Source: Minutocellus sp. GHC0000111 (lineage: Eukaryota). Taken from it: 64,000 bases of DNA. This document shows positions 1 through 9,646 of the stretch, one piece after another (position 1 is the stretch's first letter; every line of letters starts with the position of its first letter). The stretch is from the NCBI GenBank assembly GCA_977018835.1, contig OZ361256.1, positions 6,386,001 to 6,450,000 on the forward strand. The letters run 5' to 3'. Below the pieces are notes generated by a model that did no database searches, was not told the DNA's origin, and saw only the letters and a list, made by a program, of their open reading frames with translations. The position numbers and the translations under genes were made by a program.

Positions 1-2
1 AT

Positions 3-269
3 CTGGCAAAAAAGATTGAAGATGGAGTTGGAAGATGCAAGTCAATCGATGCTGGTGGTCTTGGTAGATCTACCGAAGCTGGATATGATGAAGGAGATCA
101 AAGCTCTTCGTCACCGGCGTTCGGGTGGATCGATGAATCGTACCATCAGGTGGCAGAGAAGCAGAAGGAATGGATCCGACAAAGAGAGTCGGTGGAGAAG
201 GAGCTGATTGAATGGACTTCAGCCCGCGTCCAAAAATCAGAGCAAGAAAAAAAAGAAGAAATGAACTGA
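3..269 (+). CDS. 3' end of a hypothetical protein running in from the left edge
   Basis: Frame 3 is open from the window start to TGA 267-269 (LAKKIEDG...KQKEWIRQRESVEKELIEW...EEMN*), with charged helical composition. Not in the ORF track because it has no start codon. Confidence 0.55.
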   Translation: MAKKIEDGVGRCKSIDAGGLGRSTEAGYDEGDQSSSSPAFGWIDESYHQVAEKQKEWIRQRESVEKELIEWTSARVQKSEQEKKEEMN

Positions 270-417
270 CAGTATGGTTGCATACGGCCTGCGCATGTGA
301 TAGAATCTAGTAGTAGTTACCGCACTTGGAGCCAAGAGCGATATACGGTACAATGTGGTCTTTCTCTGATGTGTCGAGCACGGTACACACGTTGCAACGT
401 ACCGGTAGAGAAAGCTA

Positions 418-1920
418 CAGAGTGATTCCACGAGACCGCCGACAAAATCGCCGTAAATAGTAAGGCACTAGGAAATTTTTTTGTGCGATACTTTATGCAG
501 CGCAAAAATGAACCCACTAAATGGCCTCTCTCAACACGGCGAAAGCAAGGAGAATTCATCTCCACAAGAAGGCCACCAAATGATGGTATAACGATAAATA
601 ACTCCAAGCCAACCGATGTATACGCCAACTACATGCGTTAGGTGAGTATTGCATACTTGAAAGCAAACTCATTCGTACATCATGTGCTATTTTAGCAACA
701 TCTCCTCATGCCCAGAAATTTTCAATATTTTTTTACCCTCAAAATGGCAAAGAATGATGGCTGATGCTTGTCTACATCCATTTCAATCCTCCCTGACCGG
801 CATTACTTTCACTTGGGTAATATTGGGAGCAAGTTTGCGCCAGAGGGTCGATATTGGGCCCCATCTTTGTATCATTGTGGCCGTCACCATGGAAAGCAAA
901 AACATCTGAAAGTAGCAAATCCCCAACTACAACCCCCTTCAAGCCTCAACCACTGTTCCTTCACGCAATATCAGCACGCACGATGCTCATTCTATATTAC
1001 ATCCATCGATCTCACGTGTTGGTTTGGCCGCTTTCTCCGGTTTCGTTCCTCTCGGGCGGCAGAAGCAATGAAGGTGAAATCTGGTGCCGACATCAGACAC
1101 GGGACTTTGGGAATAGTTTTCTCTATGAATTGTCAAGAAATGCCACCACCCCCCACTCAAATGCGCTTGGTATATATATGGGTGAAGCGTCGACGGCTCA
1201 GTGCAACGGAAGTGGTGCATGGACCGCATAAAAGCATCCGGACCAACTTTCGGATGGGTGGTGTAATGGGGGTGGTAATGGCGCTGGGCCACATTTCGCG
1301 GTACAGGCACGCACCGACGCACCGCTATCGCCCAAAAATCCCTTCCAGTAATATTCAGGAAGGCATCTAGGTGGTCAGAGTGTATGCGATGGCCGGGGTG
1401 GTGCTGTACATCGGGCGAACATGGTCGTGATGGAACGTCGGAAACTGTCGAAAAAATCGGGTCTAACGCGAACGAATTTTTCAAGGCTCAAAAAAGTAAT
1501 TGCAAGTCTCCTGCTGCACCACAGTGTTGTGAAAGGCTATTACAAGGGTATGGTGCCCCGTAGTCTTGATTGTTCTCAATGGGAGGCACGTCGGCGACAC
1601 ATGTTGTGGCCCCATTCGTTGAACGAAATGGGTTTTGTTTCGTTATAAAGTTTGATGTATTTTTTCTTTCTTGAAACAGCACAAGTGTATTCTACGACAT
1701 AAAAATAAATTTTCAAACAATAATGTACCAAAAGAAACACTCTAATACCGTATCTATATCATGTGCTAAAAGAGCACCAAGATCATTGTACCAACTTCCT
1801 TTTATTGTTGATTATGGTCTACAATACCCTTCTGAGTAAGGATCATCAATAAAAGGAAGTTGGTACAATGTTTACGAAACATCGCGGAGGGGGTGTCTGC
1901 TCTCTCGTGAAATCACTCTA
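418..1920. mobile_element. Probable non-autonomous TIR DNA transposon (hAT-like termini), ~1.5 kb
   Basis: 419-444 agagtgattccacgagaccgccgaca matches the reverse complement of 1894-1919 (agagtgatttcacgagagagcagaca) at 22/26. Termini read CAGAG/TAGAG. Flanking 8-mers gaaagcta/caaatgta match 5/8. No recognisable ORF inside. Confidence 0.55.
1784..1870. repeat. Perfect 24-bp inverted repeat (hairpin)
   Basis: cattgtaccaacttccttttattg (1784-1807) / caataaaaggaagttggtacaatg (1847-1870); extends to 29 bp with one mismatch. Confidence 0.95.
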
Positions 1921-2321
1921 CAAATGTAGAATCGATCCTACTAGCTAGACTATGGTCTACATAACGGGAGAGTGAATACCGGTATTCTAGATCTAGTAGC
2001 GAACTACTAGAGCTCTCTAGCTAGAGTCTACTATCAAAGATAGATCTACCGGTACTTTAGTTACGGGTAGATCTTCATTGCATCTCTCTTGTCGCCTGCC
2101 TGTTGAAAAGTCTGTTCCACCGAAGTCAGCACGACCAGCAAGTTTGCGAAATTCCTAACCCCGAGGACCCTTTGAAGGGTCCTTTCATCTTTTATGTCAA
2201 CGACGCGATTGCCTCGATTTTTTCAACTTGATGCGATCCTTCCTCGCAGTTCTGAGTGTGGCCGGGTGCTCCATTCTCACCAATTGGTAAGTCACTCAAC
2301 TCGCCATTTCCGTATTGCACG

Positions 2322-2891
2322 ATGTGGCCTGTTTCTAGGAGTGGCGGCATTCTCGGTGCCACCGTGCTTCTCGCACTCTCACCGACTAACGCTTTCGTCA
2401 CAAGGACGCAATCCTCGAGACGACAGTCGTTTCCAATAGAAGCACAGTCAATTCTCGACCTCGATGATTGTAATAGGAGTGAGATTTTGGCCGAGGACGG
2501 GGGAACCGTGCTAATAGATGCATATGCCACATTCTGTGGACCGTGCAAATTAATAGAACCAGTGATCGAGCGTTGTGCAGCCAATATGGATGATGTGACG
2601 TTTGTCAAATATAACGTTGAAGATAAAAACGCAAAGCAAGTGAAATTTGATCTACTCACGCAAAAGGTAGTGATCAGAAAGTTACCAACAATATTGCTAT
2701 GCCAAAATGGAAAGGTATTGGGCACACATTCGGGTTTGATAAGCTACGAGGAATTAGATTCTTTCATTGCCGATGCTTTGCGTGCTAATGGAGAAAATGA
2801 CATCCACGGAGAAGAAAGTAGTGCCACAAGCAGAGGAAAGATTTCCTTTGGCTCCTCCCTCGAAAGAGATGATTATGCTTTGGGGCTATGA
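2322..2891 (+). CDS. Plastid-targeted thioredoxin
   Basis: Trx fold with YATFCGPCK and IRKLPT. Signal peptide ends TNA-F, a diatom ASAF-type bipartite plastid motif. ATG at 2322. Confidence 0.85.
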   Translation: MWPVSRSGGILGATVLLALSPTNAFVTRTQSSRRQSFPIEAQSILDLDDCNRSEILAEDGGTVLIDAYATFCGPCKLIEPVIERCAANMDDVTFVKYNVEDKNAKQVKFDLLTQKVVIRKLPTILLCQNGKVLGTHSGLISYEELDSFIADALRANGENDIHGEESSATSRGKISFGSSLERDDYALGL

Positions 2892-3186
2892 ATGTGTTAT
2901 TTTGGCATTAATAAATTACATATCACTTTCGTTAACTAGCTAGCTACTACTAGACATTCAAGGCCATGCAAATCTGGGCAGGCTGAATAAATAGAGAAGA
3001 TCCCCATTAAAATAAGGCGTATGAAAATGAGTCAGAATAAGTAAAGATAGAGAGATCTGCCCAGTGTACAATTGTGGCAACACTTCAAAAGTATTCATTT
3101 AAGTTATAGATATACCTCGGGCACCATTGCATCGCCTGCTCTAGAATCTAACCTACATTTTCCATCATGAATCGTCGATATTTTCA

Positions 3187-4652
3187 TTAATTTCCAATTG
3201 ACCTCCGAGATATGTCAAGATCAAGACAGCAGACCTCGTCAGGGTCGAGCTTGAGTGTTTCCTCGGCAAGGATTTCGGTAATGTACGAAAAGTCCGGTCG
3301 CTTGGATGGGTTGTTCGACCAGCATTCCTTCATGAGATCTCCAAAGGTAGCAGGCCACTTCGGATCAACGGACGGACGGTAGCCCTTGTGAACGACAAGC
3401 TCGTCGTGCATCTTGCAGGAATACGTGATGAACGGGGGCTCATTCGCAAAGACATGCCAGAGAAGCATACCATAAGAGTACACATCGGCGGAGAGGTTGT
3501 ATGGTTGCGACTTGGCCACTTCCGGGGCCATGTAACGGATGGATCCGGTGAATCCAGTGAGGTTGTAGGTCCCATCCTTGTTCCTTTCGCTGTCTTGCAA
3601 CTCCTTGGCAAGGCCCATATCGAAGACTTTGATCTCTCCGCGCACGTCGAATCCAATGTTGTCGGGTTTGACGTCTCTGTATATGATACTGTTGTAGTTA
3701 GAAGGATAAGTGCGCGCAAGGGCAAGCACAGATAGAGTTGGTGAGACGAGGCAATAATTTATCCAAAAAGCAGCAGCGCACAGTAAAACGAAGGATGAAG
3801 AATGAACGTACCCGTTCGAGTGCATGAACTTGAGAGCCGTGGCAAGGTCGTAGGCCACATGGGCCTTTTCGAGAGTCATCTTGCCCTTCTTCTTCTTCCC
3901 TCCGGTTACCTTTCCTAGAACGCCCTTGGTTTTTGACTCCGTCTTGACCCACTTCCGAAGCCTGTCCTCCAGCGTGTCGGTCAGCTTGTCCAAGACAAGG
4001 AAGTACCCTGGAGCATCAAAGGGTCCAAAGCTCGACGCACCTCTCATCTTGATAATATGAGGGTGATCTAGCACTGCAAGGAACTTGGCCTCGATCGCAA
4101 GGTCGATGGTACCCTTGAGAAACTTGGTCTTGTCCTCCCGAGATTCATCCGACAGTTGCTTGACTGCGTATCGGGCGCCCCCGTCCCTGGTGCAACGAGC
4201 TTTGATGAAGCCTCGCATGTACCCCTGATCTTTCTCGCCGGACTTCTTTTCGTGATCATCTCCAGGACCCGACGAATTGAGTTTTACTGCCTTTACCTCA
4301 TTGACAACGCAAAAGCCGCCACGTCCAAGGACACGGCCGAGGACCAGTTCTGTATTTATTTGGTTGGGTACGTACGATGCACAAATAAATGAAATGAGTT
4401 AGTTATGCGAATTTTTCAGATTTCACACCACATCCCACAGTCAGCAAGCATTCAAGTCTCACCTCCATCGTCAAAACGGGGGAAAATGTCATCCCGAGCG
4501 GCGTCAAAGAGGTTGGTCTTCGCAGCAACTTCGGCAACAACGTCAGAGGCGGTGCCGAGGAGAAGGCCCTCGTCTGCTCCGTCGAATGGGTTGGATGGAG
4601 CGAACTCGGCATCCTTTTCTTGCTGGGCACGGAGAGCTGCTGCGGAGGGCAT
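3187..4652 (-). CDS. TKL-like Ser/Thr protein kinase (diatom-expanded family), 3 exons
   Basis: Motifs LGRVLGRGGF, YAVK, YRDVKPDN, DMGLAKE, GSIRYMAPE, DVYSYG. GT-AG introns at 4350-4462 and 3689-3811. Confidence 0.9.
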
Positions 4653-5034
4653 TATGAATAGTTTTTCCTGCGAAGGTACTTCGGTATAACAATACTGGGT
4701 CTGTCTCTGTGTGGCTTCAGACGGTCCAGTTTGTGCGTGCTGCCTGCTTGCCGGTGATGAAATTTCCTTGAACAAAAATCTATTTTTCGTGGCCACGGCA
4801 AGAAGCGTCCTTCCGTGTGACGATGACGTGTGCGCGTGATGACCTTTTTGCGACTTTCTTAGCCATCTTGTGCTTCCCTCTCATTTTTTCGTAACAGAAA
4901 CATGACCCTGCCGCGCCATCGCCGCCGCGCCGTTCGACCGTCACGTGTTGATGAGTGTCGAACGTGGCCGCTGACCGCGCAGCAGCCGCTGCTACCCATG
5001 CTATTATATTATCGTGCTCATCAGCAGTAGCGAG

Positions 5035-6520
5035 ATGAGCGCCTCCAACCCAAACCTAAGAAGCTTAAGGCGGCGCCGTCCGGGCGGTCTCACCCGAAAC
5101 ACGTCATCATCAAGGCGGCTATCGTCTATTGTCAACCCAGATCTGCTGCACGATGTTGTTTTCCACACAGCGGACGAGCAATCACGGGCGAATGACAGTG
5201 GTCTCACCCGACGGCATTCGATTGCCGGTGGTCGCGGAGGTCTCCTCCAACTGTCTCGGTTGGAATTGCCGGGAGCGCCAAAGTCGGCGGGGAAACCACG
5301 AGTGCGGGCGGTATCTGAACGGGCCGGTGCAATCAGCCAGTCCGATGCGGCGGCATTGCTTGCAGAGTGGAAGGAAAGCGAGAGGAAAGAGCAGGGCATG
5401 CCTCAAAAGCTCAAGACCTCGCTGAGTGATTTACCGGAAGATTCTCAGGAAGATGAGTGCGAGGAAGACAGGGTCCTTCTCATTGAAGACGACTTCGCGG
5501 ATGACGAGATTGTGTACGACGAAAAGTCTACACCGTCGCATTGGAGTGTCAATGTTCTCGTCGGCGCGTTGTATTTAGGATATGTCTTTGCCAGTTTTGC
5601 GCTGCAGTATTTGAATCAATTACAGCCCGGCTGTGCACAGCTCGTCTCTTTACTTCAGTACCTCTCGGTTGTCGCTGAGAATGGCTCCCATGCTGTCCAA
5701 TATTTTCAGTCGAATATTGTCCCATTCAAATTCCATCTCTTTTTGTCGGTATGAACTTCGCATCTGTCGCAGCGGCAAATAGATCTCTTGCTGTCGGCTT
5801 ACCCTTTGCCTTGTTCTTGGTCATCAAGAATACGAATCTTCTCTGGAGTCTTTTGCTTGGCATGTTTGTCTTCGGCCGATCTTTTACATCCGTACAGATC
5901 ATCAGCATTGCCACCATCACTTGCGGCATCATTATTTGCGTGCTTGCTCAGAATGAGCAGGGCGCCGCTAGCGACAGCGCTACCGAAACAGTCGAAATGA
6001 AAGATGGTGCCTCAAATATCGAAGAATCAGCTGCCGATAGTGCAAGTTACATGCTTGGAGCTGGGCTGGCTGCGTTCTCGACTTTTGCAATGGCGCTGCT
6101 AGGATTGGTTCAAGAAAATTTATTTTCTAATTACCATGAAGCGGACGGCGAATGTCTTTTCTACACACAGTTTTTGGGCCTTCCTCTGTTCTCCCTCGGC
6201 GATGGTCTCGGCAGCATCAAGACGGATGTGATGGTATTGGCGCAGACTCCATTCCTGACAATTTTCCTTCTTGTCCTGAACATTTTTCAACCCTGTGTGT
6301 AAAGCATTCCTTTGTTCATCTCTTGGAGGAAGGCCAGGCTCTTACAGCAACGCTCACAATAGCTCTCGCTAGAATGAGCGGCGTATTGTTGTCGCAGCTC
6401 ATGGCCGCTGGGAGCACCGCGAATTTTTCCTTTTGGATTGGCATGGTACTGGTTGGATCCGGCAGTCTTTCTTATGCCACGGGTGGTCAGATTTTCTCGA
6501 TGTGTGGTATGAAGAGGTAA
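5035..6520 (+). CDS. Nucleotide-sugar transporter (SLC35B4/YEA4 UAA-family-like), with two apparent 1-nt deletions
   Basis: Multi-TM DMT-type pattern (GLVQENLFSNY, ECLFYTQFLGLP) split over three frames. Frames join at ~5749 and ~6286 (T run) with no usable introns. Confidence 0.7.
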
Positions 6521-6735
6521 CTTTAAAGCTTTTAGAGTCTACATGAAATATTTGTGGCAAGCACGCATCGTCGGAACAAGCCAGCCACTCACTCTATCAA
6601 TACTATCTCTATTTTCTTTTTATAATCTCATGCCCCCACGTACATGCGAAGCACTACGTAGGAATTTCTACCAGTGCTTTAGCTACGTAGTAGAGCTAGC
6701 TAGAGCTACCTCTGCTTCCCACCGATCGATCCATC

Positions 6736-7959
6736 TTAGTGTCTTTCTTGCTGCTCTCTTAATGTGAATCGAATAATCAAATCGCCTCGGCTTGGTCCAT
6801 CTTTGGCGCCGTTTTTCTTTCTTCTAATTGGCATGCCCTTCCCAGAAATCCTCGTTGTTTCGCCGGAGTTCATTGGCGCTCTGCTTTCTGTTGACATTTT
6901 AAACGTTTCGCCATTCGGTAAAGGTATCGATAGCTTAGCCCCCTTGTTTGCCTGCCTCGATGATATTGTACAATCCCAGATCAAGTCGTCCCCGCTACGT
7001 GTCAAAAACGAGTGCCCCTTCTCTTTCAAAACAAACGAAATGGGGGGGAAGCCTTGCTGTGCCTTGAATTTCACCTTGGTTCCTCCTTTCCATCCTGGGA
7101 GGACATTGATCTCATAAATTCGCTCCATCATTACCTTTTCGCCCGTTGTTGGATCAACTCCTGCCGGATGCTTCACTTTAAGTTTCTTAGTGCATCCCTT
7201 GGTATTAGCTAGCTCTTCTAGAGAGCAGTAGAATGGCTTTCTGTATTCTCTCTCATTGTTGGGAGGTGCACTTCTGGCGCTGCTGCTGCCTCCCATCCCT
7301 TTCATACCACTCATCCCAGAAAAGTCACCGGAGGAACCAAACAAGTGACTGAATCCAGCACCAAAAGAACCTGGACCACTAGTGCCGCCTCCCGCCTGAC
7401 TCTTTAATAGCTCTTCCATTAGCGAAGAAATGTCAATGCCAACGGTGCTGGCGCCAGGTGTGCCCCCACCCATACCCGCACTGCCATCGCCAGGAGAGAA
7501 GTTGTAGGGGAAAGGCTGAGGACCAGCACCACTTCTCCTCCTGCTGCTCCCACTACTGCCGTTCCCGCCACCGCCGCCTCCGCCAAATCCAGCAAAGGCT
7601 GGATTGAAATTCGGGTCCAATGCTGCTTCCCCATATTTGTCATACAATGACTTTTTGTTTTCATCTGACAGTATCTCATAAGCTCGGTTAACGTCCTTGA
7701 ATTTCTGCTCGGCTTCCGAGCGCTCGCTTTCTCCTACTTTATCCGGGTGCAGCTTGAGAGCTCGCGCGCGATATGCCTTCTTAATTTCTTTCTGCGAACA
7801 TCCCCTAGAAAGACCGAGGGCCTTGTACGGGTCGAGGCCAGATGCTGCAGCAGCAGTTGCAGAACCTGAACACAATAGCAAGAGAAGGATGGACTGAGCG
7901 ACTCGCCGGCTTCCACTGTTGCATGGACTGGCCGCCATGCTACGACCGGCAGTAGCCAT
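6736..7959 (-). CDS. DnaJ/Hsp40 type II (DNAJB-like) with N-terminal signal-like segment
   Basis: J domain with HPD, G/F-rich region, C-terminal domain (CSLEEL, PGWKGGTKV, GKGMP, RGDLIIRF). Confidence 0.92.
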   Translation of the reverse strand: MATAGRSMAASPCNSGSRRVAQSILLLLLCSGSATAAAASGLDPYKALGLSRGCSQKEIKKAYRARALKLHPDKVGESERSEAEQKFKDVNRAYEILSDENKKSLYDKYGEAALDPNFNPAFAGFGGGGGGGNGSSGSSRRRSGAGPQPFPYNFSPGDGSAGMGGGTPGASTVGIDISSLMEELLKSQAGGGTSGPGSFGAGFSHLFGSSGDFSGMSGMKGMGGSSSARSAPPNNEREYRKPFYCSLEELANTKGCTKKLKVKHPAGVDPTTGEKVMMERIYEINVLPGWKGGTKVKFKAQQGFPPISFVLKEKGHSFLTRSGDDLIWDCTISSRQANKGAKLSIPLPNGETFKMSTESRAPMNSGETTRISGKGMPIRRKKNGAKDGPSRGDLIIRFTLREQQERH

Positions 7960-8259
7960 GCAGATGCCCCCCTCCTCCTCCTGACTCGTCTCTAGCTAGC
8001 TAGTCTTCGCGGCTCTGCCCGATCGCGCAATAGTGCTTGAGTTGCCGTAGAGCAGAGGTGCGGTGAGTAACCCCGTCTGCTCTTTTGTGATCTGGTCGGT
8101 GTTCCGCGTTATCTAGCTACGTAGTTACACGTGGAATCGAATCTCGAATCGAATTAATCCAATGAAACGGCCTACATACATGTATCATCGCAATGCTGCT
8201 GCTGCTCCACAAAAAAATGTTCACCAAAAACTGTTGCTAATTTACCGGTACAATATACT

Positions 8260-9447
8260 TTAATCAAAAATAAATCTTGGCACCTGGCGCTCTACACCTT
8301 CTGTAAAGTATGGGTGCTTTAGAGCCTCTTCGCCCGAGATTCTTTGCTTTGGGTCCAGCGTCAGGAGCCTGCTTAGCAAATCAAAGCCATTGGGGTCCAG
8401 ATACGTTTGACCACCCGTGAATGTGTTGACAGGAAACGTTGTAGAAAGCGTGGGAGGGCCCTTGCTACGCCAACGGAACATCTTGGCGTTGGGGAGGGAT
8501 TGGAAGTCTGGCCAATTGGTCTCGGTAGGCGCCCCAACCAAGTCAATAATTTTGTTTATTTGGTCCAACTCGCCTTGACCTTCCATGAGGGCCTTCTTCT
8601 TCAAAAGCTCTCCGAATATGCACCCTACGCTCCACATATCGACCGCGGGTCCATAGACCGATTCGCCATACAGCAACTCCGGGGGGCGGTACCACAGTGT
8701 GATTACCATCTGGGTCATCGCCTTTAACGGCGTCTGATACTTTCGAGCAAGTCCAAAATCACAGAGGGCAATCTTCCCCGACTGGTGAACCAAAATGTTG
8801 CTCGTTTTCATGTCCCGGTGTAGATACCACTTTTCGTGAACATGAGTGATGGCCGACAGGATCTGGTACATCATGTTCTTCAGCTCACTTTGAGGGAAGG
8901 GCGATTGGCCCGATCGTTCGATCGCATCCTTGAGATCCATCTGCATAAATTCCATTACCATAAAAACCTGATTGTCATTGTCACCGACGACCATTTCCCG
9001 GACGGTGACGATGCATTCATGGCTAAGATCGAGCAAGACACTGATTTCCCGCAGCGCCGCGATTGGGAACCCCTCCTTGGTCAGAGTCTCGTCGAACTTC
9101 ATCTGCTTGAGTGCCACAATTTCACCGCTAGAAGTGTCCTTCGCCTTCCATACAATTCCATACGTCCCCTCATCGAGTCGAGCTATTCTATCGTATGAAT
9201 TGTATACCAAACGACATCCCTGGAGGAGAGGATTGTGTTTGCGGACAGCTGGTTTTGTCATCGATTGTGAATGGGCATTTGTATCTGCGTCAGCAGTACA
9301 TGAGCCGGCCGTTATTGTTGCATCTGGCAAAGACGATGTGTTGGTTTTCTTCGTCTCGACACCCGTACCCGAGAATGAGCCAGCACCTCCGCCTTCTTCT
9401 TCATCGGACGATGAGTCCCAGCGGTCTCTTTTCCTGCTGGACGACAT
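8260..9447 (-). CDS. CDK11: Cyclin-dependent kinase CDK11/CDKG (PITSLRE class)
   Basis: EGTYGIV, EGFPIAALRE, HRDMKTSNIL, CDFGLAR, VITLWYRPPE. ATG at 9447. Confidence 0.88.
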   Translation of the reverse strand: MSSSRKRDRWDSSSDEEEGGGAGSFSGTGVETKKTNTSSLPDATITAGSCTADADTNAHSQSMTKPAVRKHNPLLQGCRLVYNSYDRIARLDEGTYGIVWKAKDTSSGEIVALKQMKFDETLTKEGFPIAALREISVLLDLSHECIVTVREMVVGDNDNQVFMVMEFMQMDLKDAIERSGQSPFPQSELKNMMYQILSAITHVHEKWYLHRDMKTSNILVHQSGKIALCDFGLARKYQTPLKAMTQMVITLWYRPPELLYGESVYGPAVDMWSVGCIFGELLKKKALMEGQGELDQINKIIDLVGAPTETNWPDFQSLPNAKMFRWRSKGPPTLSTTFPVNTFTGGQTYLDPNGFDLLSRLLTLDPKQRISGEEALKHPYFTEGVERQVPRFIFD

Positions 9448-9611
9448 TATTAGTAGTTGTCCCTGGTACTCAGTGTACCGGTAGTTCCCCACCGCCGAGA
9501 GGTGGTATGGTTGCTTCGCTTGTTGTTTACGTTTTATTATCAGCAGGGTGGTCTGTCCGTCGTTAATTGTTCGGCATCTTCTCGGCGCGGCTTCACGGCC
9601 CCGTTTGATGA

Positions 9612-9646
9612 GTAGGCCTACCTAGGCCTAGGCCTAGGCCTAGGTA
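9612..9646. repeat. Palindromic (TAGGCC)n tract; insertion target of the mariner, continued at 13128-13144
   Basis: gtaggcctacctaggcctaggcctaggcctaggTA ... TAggcctacctaggtac. Confidence 0.85.

Noticed and set aside
768..1648. ORFs inside the TIR element as a transposase or cargo gene
   Set aside because: No recognisable motifs or coding-like composition.
2164..2183. 9-bp hairpin aggaccctt-tg-aagggtcct
   Set aside because: Short enough to occur by chance in 64 kb, with no supporting context.
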